Source: Zestosphaera tikiterensis (lineage in GTDB: Archaea; Thermoproteota; Thermoprotei_A; Sulfolobales; NBVN01). Taken from it: a stretch of 32,000 nucleotides of DNA. Of the stretch, positions 17,701-25,226 are shown piece after piece (position 1 is the first letter of the stretch; each line of letters opens with the position of its first letter). Made by a program: the position numbers and the translations under genes. The notes below the pieces were generated by a model that worked only from the letters and a program-made list of their open reading frames with translations, was not told the origin of the DNA and did not search any database. Location of the stretch: contig NBVN01000005.1 in assembly GCA_003056265.1 (NCBI GenBank), positions 1 through 32,000 on the forward strand, written 5' to 3'.

Positions 17701-19488
17701 ATGAAAGTATGCCCTAATCACATACTGTTAGTGATTTCAGCCAATACCGATATACCTAGCAAGGTTCACATGTCTGCGGAGGGATTAAACTTCTCTTATT
17801 CCAAAAACTTATCTAATGGTACTACTAAGATTAGTATTTATGCAAGTAACTCCTGTGGCATCTACGAATCTGAAGAAAAGCTCATCATCATAAGTGGTCT
17901 CTTTAAAGATTCTATTGAAGATTATGCAGATAAGCATATAGACGAAATTCTAGCCTCTTTTGGCCATCAAGGCTTCATAATCTTGATCGATAAGAAGACC
18001 CTCGATATTTACATAGTACAGGGCCCTGTAATATATCAGCCTATATTCTACACGTTGCAAAATGGCGTTGTTTTAGCTTCAGATGATATGAGTACAATAG
18101 TTAAAATTCTCGAGGACGTGTATGATGTAAAACCCTCCATGGATTTACTGGCATTATATGAATTTATTCTAGTAGGCGAGATAGTATCGGCTCGTACCAT
18201 AGTTAAAGGAATAAAACACATTAGAGCCGGCGAATATGTACATATAACTGCCGAGGAATGTTTAGGACTCAATCATACTAATTATTGGGAACCATGGAAA
18301 ATAATAGAATCACCTACACATAATCTAAATGCCAACAAGTCCGATTTACAAATTTTGCTCCAAACACTATTCGAAATAACTAGCGAATACTGTGAAGTAA
18401 ATGAGAGCACCATTGGTGTACCTTTTTCAGGCGGGCTCGACTCAACTATGGTTTTAACTCTTTTATTAAAGGCTTGCAAGAACAAGAAGGTGATCCCGCT
18501 TCATCTAAACGTGGGTAGTATCTACGAGCTTTATTTAACTAAGCAGATACATGAAAGAGTTTGTGAAAGTAATAATGTGCACTGCGTTTATACTCGGTAT
18601 TCCATCACAGAAATTTTAAGCAGTTACGACGAACTACTACATAGACACATATGTTGCATTCCATTCCCTCGACCCGGTGATGCAGCACTTACATACTCCT
18701 TGCTAGCTGAAGCCTTCAGCAATACCGGGGTTAAGTTTGTTATAAGTGGTGATGACGGAGATTGTATTTGGGGCGGTTATGACCTTCCCGCCTACTATAT
18801 TCTTCAATTACTACTCAAGAAGGATTTCAGTAAATTTATTCAACTCATAAAAATCCTCTTCTCGTATGACCGCTCAATTCTAGTTAGATTCATAGCTGAA
18901 ACAGTAGATACCTTCATGAAAACCTGGCTTCCCTCAATCTACTTTACTAGGAGAGCGAAAAGAGTTGCTAGATTGAATCGTGCAAAAAGAAGATTTTACA
19001 AGCTCTTAGCACAATACATTTCTACATTATATGAAAATACACTAAGGCCGTTGTCTACGAATATCTTCAGGGAATATCTTACACGGAGATTCGTGTTTCT
19101 GTCATCTCCCCTAATTAATACGAACGTAAGAGCCCATGAATGTCGCAACATAATTTTGGCCCCTCTTTTTGCTTCACGTAAGTTGCTAGAAATAATAGCT
19201 TCTTTACCAGATGAGCTATTCTTTACCCCATATGGTTTTAGAAGTCTTCAAAGGGTCTTCTTAAAAGTTGCTGGCTATCCCCCATCTATATATAAACAAA
19301 AGAAAAGCGGTTTTTCCACTACCAACTATGTTACTACTGATGCCCAAATAATTACAAAGATAAAGAGTTTGATTAGCACCGATCCGTATATTTCCAAATC
19401 CGTAGATCTTCACAAGTTGGATGCTCACGATCTCTTAAAGGTATATAACGCAAAGCTTAAATACGAATGCCTAATTAAAGACGTATAG
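17701..19488 (+). CDS. Asparagine-synthetase-family (AsnB-like) adenylating amidotransferase or amidoligase lacking the canonical N-terminal Cys
   Basis: PP-loop GVPFSGGLDSTMVL in the C-terminal domain and AsnB-like length. The N-terminus is MKVCPNH... rather than MC..., so the Ntn-glutaminase nucleophile at position 2 is absent. Confidence 0.82.
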   Translation: MKVCPNHILLVISANTDIPSKVHMSAEGLNFSYSKNLSNGTTKISIYASNSCGIYESEEKLIIISGLFKDSIEDYADKHIDEILASFGHQGFIILIDKKTLDIYIVQGPVIYQPIFYTLQNGVVLASDDMSTIVKILEDVYDVKPSMDLLALYEFILVGEIVSARTIVKGIKHIRAGEYVHITAEECLGLNHTNYWEPWKIIESPTHNLNANKSDLQILLQTLFEITSEYCEVNESTIGVPFSGGLDSTMVLTLLLKACKNKKVIPLHLNVGSIYELYLTKQIHERVCESNNVHCVYTRYSITEILSSYDELLHRHICCIPFPRPGDAALTYSLLAEAFSNTGVKFVISGDDGDCIWGGYDLPAYYILQLLLKKDFSKFIQLIKILFSYDRSILVRFIAETVDTFMKTWLPSIYFTRRAKRVARLNRAKRRFYKLLAQYISTLYENTLRPLSTNIFREYLTRRFVFLSSPLINTNVRAHECRNIILAPLFASRKLLEIIASLPDELFFTPYGFRSLQRVFLKVAGYPPSIYKQKKSGFSTTNYVTTDAQIITKIKSLISTDPYISKSVDLHKLDAHDLLKVYNAKLKYECLIKDV

Positions 19489-19513
19489 CCTATACTTTTA
19501 TAGGTGTTCAGGT

Positions 19514-20815
19514 ATGAACGCTATCTGCGTCTTCGGCCTTGGTTATGTTGGTCTTCCATCCGCTGTGGTTTTTGCTTCTAGGGGGTTTAGCGTTGTAGGT
19601 GTTGATGTGGATGCTGGGAAGGTTGAGGCTGTTAACCGTGGTGTTAGCTATCTCCGGGAGCCTGGTCTGGAGGGGCTTCTTAGAGAGGCTGTTGCTGGTG
19701 GTAGGCTTAGGGCTACGATGGATGCTGATGAGGCTTTGAAGCTCTGTAATACAGTATTGATTGATGTCCCTACTCCTGTTAGGGGTGGTGTCGCTGACTT
19801 AAGCTACGTCACTAATGTATTGACAAGGGTTTCTAGGAGGCTTCGCAGGGGTACGCTCGTGGTCATTGAGTCCACTATTCCGCCGGGCACTACTAGTGGT
19901 TTGGCTAGGAGGATTCTCGAGGAGGGCTCCGGACTGAGGGTTGAGGAGGACTTCTACCTTGCCCACGTACCTGAGCGTATTGCCCCGGGTAAGGCTATTG
20001 AGGAGTTGCTGAATGCTCCTAGGGTTGTTGGTGGTGTTGGCCCTAGGTCTACTGAGGTGGCTTTAGCTATCTATAGTAGAGTTAACCCTAACATGATCCC
20101 CACCGACTCCACTACAGCTGAGTTTGTTAAGCTGGCTGAGAACACCTATAGGGATTTAAACATAGCATTCGCAAACCTACTAGCCCTAATGGCTGAGAGC
20201 TTAGGGATAGATGTCTACGAGGCTATAAGGCTAGCTAGCACTCATCCAAGAGTAAGGATCCACCAGCCGGGCCCCGGTGTTGGAGGCCCCTGTCTAACCA
20301 AGGATCCATACATGCTTGCATCACTACTACAGGAATTCTGGGGAACCGAGCTAATTAGGCTCAGTAGGAGGATAAATGAGTTCATGCCCCACCACATGGT
20401 TAAAATAATTGAGCGCGTAGCAGGCTTAGAGGGCTTCAAGCTAAGTGGTTCAAGGATAGCTGTCCTAGGCTCAGCGTATAAGGGTGGAGTAGATGACACG
20501 AGGGAGAGCCCCTCAAAAATCGTAGTTAGTGAGTTGATGAGGAGGGGGGCTGTAGTGATTGTTAACGACCCATATACTAGTGAATCATTTGGGGCTGAAT
20601 ACTATGGAGACGTGTATAAGGCTGTAGAGGGCTCAGACATGGTGGTCATCGTTACAGACCACCCGGAGTACAGGGATCTAGACCTAGAGCGCGTTGGTAG
20701 AGTAGTGAGGAGGAGGGTTATCGTTGATGGTAGGAGGGTCGTAGATCCATATAAAGCTATGTCTCTCGGGTTTAAGTATTACGGCATAGGTTACGGTAGG
20801 GCTTGGAGGATATGA
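19514..20815 (+). CDS. wecC: UDP-N-acetyl-D-mannosamine (nucleotide-sugar) dehydrogenase
   Basis: N-terminal Rossmann ICVFGLGYVGLPSAVVFASRG, GGPCLTKD (catalytic Cys region) and AYKGGVDDTRESP. About 430 aa and directly coupled to a UDP-GlcNAc 2-epimerase gene. Visibly more GC-rich than its neighbours. Confidence 0.88.
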   Translation: MNAICVFGLGYVGLPSAVVFASRGFSVVGVDVDAGKVEAVNRGVSYLREPGLEGLLREAVAGGRLRATMDADEALKLCNTVLIDVPTPVRGGVADLSYVTNVLTRVSRRLRRGTLVVIESTIPPGTTSGLARRILEEGSGLRVEEDFYLAHVPERIAPGKAIEELLNAPRVVGGVGPRSTEVALAIYSRVNPNMIPTDSTTAEFVKLAENTYRDLNIAFANLLALMAESLGIDVYEAIRLASTHPRVRIHQPGPGVGGPCLTKDPYMLASLLQEFWGTELIRLSRRINEFMPHHMVKIIERVAGLEGFKLSGSRIAVLGSAYKGGVDDTRESPSKIVVSELMRRGAVVIVNDPYTSESFGAEYYGDVYKAVEGSDMVVIVTDHPEYRDLDLERVGRVVRRRVIVDGRRVVDPYKAMSLGFKYYGIGYGRAWRI

Positions 20816-21906
20816 GTGTGTTAGTCTTTACCGGTACTAGGCCCGAGATAATTAAGTTAGCTCCTGTTATTAAGAAGCTTGTGGATGAGGGTGTTGAGTT
20901 TACTTACATACATACGGGTCAGCATTACGACTACGAGATGAGTCAGGTGTTTATAGAGGAGCTTGAGCTACCTAAACCGCATTACTCCTTCAGGTTGGAG
21001 AACTATACACCCGCTTCACAGCTTGGTGAGGTAATGATACATATAGATAAGGTGGTGAGTTCTTTAAAGGGTAGGCCTAAGTTAACGCTTGTTCAAGGAG
21101 ATACTAACAGCGTTTTAGGGGCTGCTTTAGCTTCTTTAAGGTTAGGTATTAAGATAGGTCATGTGGAGGCTGGGCTACGTAGCTATGACTGGAGGATGCC
21201 TGAAGAGCATAATAGGAGGATGGTTGACCACATATCGGATTATTTATTCGCCCCTACGGAGTTATCTCGAAGGAATCTTGAGGATGAGAGGGTTTTAGGT
21301 CAGATATACGTAACGGGTAATACGGTTATAGACGCTTTAGATACGTACTTCAGCAGGGTTTTAGAGGTTGAGGGTAGGGTGTTGGAGCAGGTTAGATTTG
21401 ATGAATATGTGTTAATTACGTTACATCGTGCTGAAAACGTTGACGACTCGAAAGTGTTGAAAAGCTTTGTTGAAATTCTCCGTAAGCTACCCATACCTGC
21501 TGTATACCCTATACACCCAAGAACTAAGAGAAGGCTTTTAGAATACGGTCTTTTAAACACTGTTGAATCACTTAACCACATCCAACTACTACCCCCGCAG
21601 GGCTACTTCGAATTTCTAGCGCTACTTAAAAACTGTAAATTAGCTATGACTGACTCAGGCGGTGTGCAGGAAGAGGTAACACACCCTAAAATCAGGAAGT
21701 ATGTGTTAGTTCTTAGAAGCTCTACCGAAAGACCTGAAGCAGTTCAAGCAGGTTTTGCGAGAGTTGTCGGTTTAAACCCTAACGTTGTTTTAGCTGAGCT
21801 GGAGAAGGTTATTTCCTCAAGTAGCGAACCACCTACAACTTCACCTTTTGGCGACGGCAGAGCTAGCGAGAAGATCGTAGAGATCGTTAAAAAAGAGCTT
21901 TATTAA
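20803..21906 (+). CDS. wecB: UDP-N-acetylglucosamine 2-epimerase (non-hydrolysing)
   Basis: VFTGTRPEIIKLAPV, VQGDTNS, HVEAGLRS, HRAENVD and TDSGGVQEE motifs. Overlaps the wecC stop. Confidence 0.92.
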   Translation: MEDMSVLVFTGTRPEIIKLAPVIKKLVDEGVEFTYIHTGQHYDYEMSQVFIEELELPKPHYSFRLENYTPASQLGEVMIHIDKVVSSLKGRPKLTLVQGDTNSVLGAALASLRLGIKIGHVEAGLRSYDWRMPEEHNRRMVDHISDYLFAPTELSRRNLEDERVLGQIYVTGNTVIDALDTYFSRVLEVEGRVLEQVRFDEYVLITLHRAENVDDSKVLKSFVEILRKLPIPAVYPIHPRTKRRLLEYGLLNTVESLNHIQLLPPQGYFEFLALLKNCKLAMTDSGGVQEEVTHPKIRKYVLVLRSSTERPEAVQAGFARVVGLNPNVVLAELEKVISSSSEPPTTSPFGDGRASEKIVEIVKKELY

Positions 21907-21964
21907 CTTATTAACCCACACCAGTAGGTTAGGTTAAAACCTAAATATGGTGAGGCAGTAAGAG

Positions 21965-22282
21965 ATGAGCTTAAGTAGGGGCTACTTAGTTGAGGTTGTT
22001 GTTAAGGAGGTTAGGGGTTTCTGCTCTATCGGTTATAAACCAGGCGATAGATTCATCATCGAGAAATACTACATAAGGAGCAATCAAGAAAAACCTATAT
22101 GCTTACATGCTCTAAGCTCTATGCTCACACTTATAACGCCATTCCTTAAAGGCGTTTCAGCTAGGGATTTAGGTATAGGTTCTGAAGATAACGTAGGCTA
22201 CGTACAATGTCCAGACCCAGGCAAACCCTATACATGCGGCGGTACTGTAGTTTTTGAGTTAAAACGAACAAACCTTAAGTAA
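21965..22282 (+). CDS. Small Cys-containing protein, TIGR04076-like
   Basis: 105 aa with GFCSIGYKPGDRF, ICLHALSSMLTLITPFL and VQCPDPGKPYTCGGTVVFELKR, which resembles the TIGR04076 family as I remember it. Needs an HMM check. Confidence 0.55.
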   Translation: MSLSRGYLVEVVVKEVRGFCSIGYKPGDRFIIEKYYIRSNQEKPICLHALSSMLTLITPFLKGVSARDLGIGSEDNVGYVQCPDPGKPYTCGGTVVFELKRTNLK

Positions 22283-22780
22283 GGTAAAACATACGTAGCT
22301 GTAAACTAAGAAGAATTAACTTTAAACATACGTAAGCACTTAAGAAGTGTTTAAGTAGGGAGTCCTATATAAACATAAATACCACCACATTAACAACTAA
22401 GTGTTTTGTTTCTTTAGGTAGTGATTTTTATTTAGGGAAACCATAGGTATGAGGTCTTTAAGCTAACTTTAGCTAAGCTTACTAGGGATAGTCGTTAAGG
22501 TTTAATTAAGTCTAGGTTTTAAGCACTCCTAAGTTACTTCCTGAAGATATTATAGAGGGTTTTAATGTGATGTTATTAGTTGCTATCACTTAAGAACTTA
22601 AAGCTTAGGGAAACATCTTAAGATTTGCTTAACTCCGCTTTAACTATATTCTCAACCTTAACATTCTTTAAGGTCATTGCTTTGAAGTTGGCTTTCCTAA
22701 ATCTAGTTGAGGTTTAAATGAAGCTGGATTTACACCTCATTAAGCTTTCAGAAATTCTAAACCGTTAAGAGAGTATTTTT

Positions 22781-22809
22781 CCAGCTAAACATAATTAATG
22801 TTTAGCTGG
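22781..22809. repeat. Perfect 11-bp stem / 7-nt loop hairpin (ccagctaaaca taattaa tgtttagctgg)
   Basis: Read directly. The arms are exact reverse complements. Preceded by a T5 run (gagtattttt). Confidence 0.8.
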
Positions 22810-23483
22810 AGCGAGTTATATGTCGTTAGTAGTTAATAGTTCGTTAGCGGTTTCATAGTTTATTCCACGGCCTTCACGGTTAGTTTGAAAGTCCGTCTAA
22901 TTGCCTTAAACTAACTCCTGAATCCCCTCGACGTGATGGTTAGGTAGGGGCTGGGGTTAGGTCTTGAAGACCTCAGATACCGCAACTCACTTTTCAACAT
23001 CTACGCATTAGCTAGAACAACCGCCGGGGCACACCCACAATACTAACCTACGGAAGCCACGGGATCACCGGCCTTAAGGAAGGTATGAACAGAGCGAGAA
23101 ATACATGGCTCTACAGGCTCCACCTCCTAAACACTCCCTAAAAATCAAACCACAGAAAAACAAGGGAGAAACAACCACAGCTGTGGAGTTAAACCCCACG
23201 CACATCACCTTATTCACCACTTCCATAACTTCCACCTAACGCTGAAAACAAAACGACGTTAATGCTGGTTTTGAGAGGCAAGTTATTAGAAAACCTAGCT
23301 TTGATAAACTTAACAGAGCGTAAATCTACACTCAAGAACAGGCCCCGACTAAACGCTCCAGGTCTGCGTTAGGGTTGGTTGGGTAGGGTGTTAGGGAGGA
23401 TGTTTGGGGAGGGCTCTAGTTTCTAGGATTACCTCTCTAGTATGTTAAATATGTTAAAATAGTAGATAAAACTTATGCTGTTT

Positions 23484-23531
23484 GATTAGTTTTAACGTTA
23501 AACACGAATTCGTGTTTAATTGTCTAATCAG
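23484..23531. repeat. 48-bp interrupted palindrome with a perfect 22-bp core (ttaaacacgaattcgtgtttaa, 23498-23519)
   Basis: The core is an exact palindrome centred on gaattc. The outer arms tgattag (23484-23490) and ctaatca (23525-23531) are also reverse complements. Confidence 0.85.
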
Positions 23532-23947
23532 AATGCCGAGTTAGATTTCCAGCCCCCAGACCCAGAAAATCTACTTCTCGATAAGAGGGTTGGAAAAGCT
23601 AATTGGAGGTCAGATCCCATGAGTAGATTTTTAGAGCTTACCCCCAGAAAAGCTAATTCCTTCGTAAGTGTAAATTTACACTCAGAAAGTAGAAAGCAGA
23701 GCCCCAACCTCCAGCAAAAAGCTAAGTAAAAGCTAAAACAGAAAGAAGGGGCTAAGGACTGGGTAGGCATGCCTTATCCTTGATAAGCTTATCAAACCCT
23801 CCCCCCACAAACCTAAACCCAACACCTAGTTAGAACCTAGTGAATTAAAACCTAAGGCTTACGAAAGCATTTTAGAAGATCCTGAAGTAACTGTGGAGGG
23901 CTATAGAGTTAGTAGATGAAGGTAAGGTTAAAGACCCTACAGACTTA

Positions 23948-24196
23948 GTGAAATATTTAAAAATAACACTACCTCAAGCTATAGAATTATTTAACGCAAT
24001 CGCTGAAGCTAAGGGGGTAAAGTTAGCGTCAACTTTAGAAGCTTCTAAAGAGTTGGAAATCCACATTAAAAAAGCTGAGGAACTCATCCCAAAGATTGAG
24101 GAACTCCTCACCAGAAGCGATGAGCTGAAAAGCCTTTACGACCTCGCGGTATTAACAGATCAGAAACTTCTCTTCTCCACTGCGAGACAGTTGTGA
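23948..24196 (+). CDS. Hypothetical helical/coiled-coil protein
   Basis: 82-aa ORF with a GTG start, AT-rich, with heptad-like EELIPKIEELLTRSDELKSLYD. It ends at a TGA that is in frame with a further 58 sense codons. Confidence 0.4.
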   Translation: MKYLKITLPQAIELFNAIAEAKGVKLASTLEASKELEIHIKKAEELIPKIEELLTRSDELKSLYDLAVLTDQKLLFSTARQL

Positions 24197-24373
24197 TTAA
24201 ATCTAAGTTGCGCAAATAGAGTTGGAGACTTCTGTGAAGTAGAACCGCTTACTGAACGTCAAATAGATTTCCTTGAGGAATTAGTTAAAATCGGGAAAGC
24301 AGAAAAAGTAGGTGAGTCAAGAACAGCAGAAGTTCTTAAAAAATATGGGAGAAGAAGTAATGAAGGAAATTAG
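24197..24373 (+). other. Start-less reading frame with a ribbon-helix-helix-like sequence, in frame with 23948-24196 across a TGA
   Basis: Translation is LNLSCANRVGDFCEVEPLTERQIDFLEELVKIGKAEKVGESRTAEVLKKYGRRSNEGN*. There is no ATG/GTG/TTG in frame. The pattern L..(x)..LEELVK.GK...SR.E.. resembles CopG/NikR-type RHH domains. Confidence 0.3.
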
Positions 24374-24497
24374 TAGAGGAAAATCCTACCCAAGATACCG
24401 TATAGACATTAAGAAACGTCCATATATATGCACACTCTGCTGGCATTACATCACATCAAAGGAAAAGAAAGATAACGTGCTGAATGTTCGCATATAA
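24312..24497 (+). CDS. Small hypothetical protein (uncertain)
   Basis: 61-aa track ORF; an internal ATG at 24345 would give 50 aa. It overlaps the RHH-like frame by about 60 nt. No motif beyond a CxxC-like ICTLCWH. Confidence 0.25.
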   Translation: MSQEQQKFLKNMGEEVMKEISRGKSYPRYRIDIKKRPYICTLCWHYITSKEKKDNVLNVRI

Positions 24498-24516
24498 TTA
24501 GTTTTAGATATCTCGT

Positions 24517-24568
24517 ATAGACAATATATTGTGAATTGCTTTCAATTTTCTAGCTTATATTGTCTATA
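24517..24568. promoter_or_regulatory. 13-bp perfect inverted repeat pair (tatagacaatata ... tatattgtctata), a candidate operator over the promoter of the next gene
   Basis: Arms at 24517-24529 and 24556-24568 are exact reverse complements, 26 nt apart. They sit 10 nt upstream of the ATG at 24578. Confidence 0.45.
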
Positions 24569-24577
24569 GGTGGTTTA

Positions 24578-25075
24578 ATGAAGTGGAGGTATTTAAGGAG
24601 GTATTATGGGAGGGTGTTGATTAGGCGTGAGCTTCTGGAGGCTTTCAACTTCGTCTGTAATGAGCTTAAGTTAACTCAACAAGAATGTTTTCTTATGTTG
24701 CTGAAGTTATTCACTATAGTCAGTAGTTCCTTCGGTAGTGAGAGAATTAAGGAAGTCTCCAACAAATTAAAAGAAAGCTTAAAAAGCGAATTCTCTAACA
24801 AAGAAATTGCGGGTTGGTTGGGGGAGTTTTCCGTAAATCTTTCGGTTATGATTCAGAAGGCGGGTTCTTTAGATCGTTTAACGGAATCTATGAGTAAGTT
24901 AATAGAGGAGCAGAGGAGGGTTTTAAAAGAAAATGATTTATTGAGAACCGTAGCTAAAGAATTAGATTCTATTCTAGAGGAAGCTTTAGACAGGCTTTTT
25001 GATTGCGATGAAGATTCTTGGGTGAGGCTAGATGATAGGAGAGATGAGGTTAAAAAGAGAGCTAAACTCCTCTAA
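24578..25075 (+). CDS. Hypothetical protein, basic N-terminus plus coiled-coil C-terminus
   Basis: The track ORF starts at TTG 24560, inside the inverted repeat, so I prefer ATG 24578 (MKWRYLRRYYGRVLIRRELLEAF...). No family recognised. Confidence 0.5.
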   Translation: MKWRYLRRYYGRVLIRRELLEAFNFVCNELKLTQQECFLMLLKLFTIVSSSFGSERIKEVSNKLKESLKSEFSNKEIAGWLGEFSVNLSVMIQKAGSLDRLTESMSKLIEEQRRVLKENDLLRTVAKELDSILEEALDRLFDCDEDSWVRLDDRRDEVKKRAKLL

Positions 25076-25226
25076 CCTTCAGCTATAACAACTACGCTCA
25101 TATCGTTGTTAATGTTTCAGCTTCTTCTAATTGGAGGAGGATTTAAAGCTTAGCTTTATGAAGGACTTAGCTTCTATAGTCAAAGTTCATATGGGTTAAG
25201 GAGTGTTTATTTTAGGGGGTTGAGAA

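Noticed and set aside
16395-19488. Lasso-peptide-type RiPP cluster (AsnB-like cyclase lacking Cys, plus an NTP_transf_5 protein nearby)
   Set aside because: There is no transglutaminase-like B protease, no PqqD/RRE and no short precursor ORF. The context is uniformly glycosyltransferases and nucleotide-sugar enzymes, so a sugar-amidation role is more parsimonious.
4101-21581. Numerous 60-125-aa antisense ORFs inside long plus-strand genes (e.g. 4101..4472-, 6281..6571-, 13397..13597-, 14592..14855-, 16577..16804-, 18048..18272-, 20242..20499-, 21300..21581-)
   Set aside because: Each lies wholly within a longer ORF that carries clear family motifs. The translations are Ser/Leu/Pro-rich, as is typical of antisense frames.
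22869-23058. Possible RNase P / structured RNA in the ORF desert: GAAAGUCC at 22887-22894, and long-range pairing of 22869-22884 with 23042-23058
   Set aside because: The pairing is interrupted and competes with a local GUUAGUUU/AAACUAAC hairpin. No P3 hairpin or CR-V partner for a P4 helix was found. The motif match is a single octamer.
23175-23200. Replication-origin ORB-like element: 12-bp palindrome ccacagctgtgg followed by a C-run
   Set aside because: The orientation of the dyad relative to the G/C string does not match crenarchaeal ORB elements. It is a single copy, and no orc1/cdc6 gene is nearby.
23520-23770. Track ORFs 23520..23729(+) and 23528..23770(-)
   Set aside because: They are antisense to each other, sit on the repeat and low-complexity tract, and lack motifs or plausible starts and promoters. 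They are probably chance ORFs.
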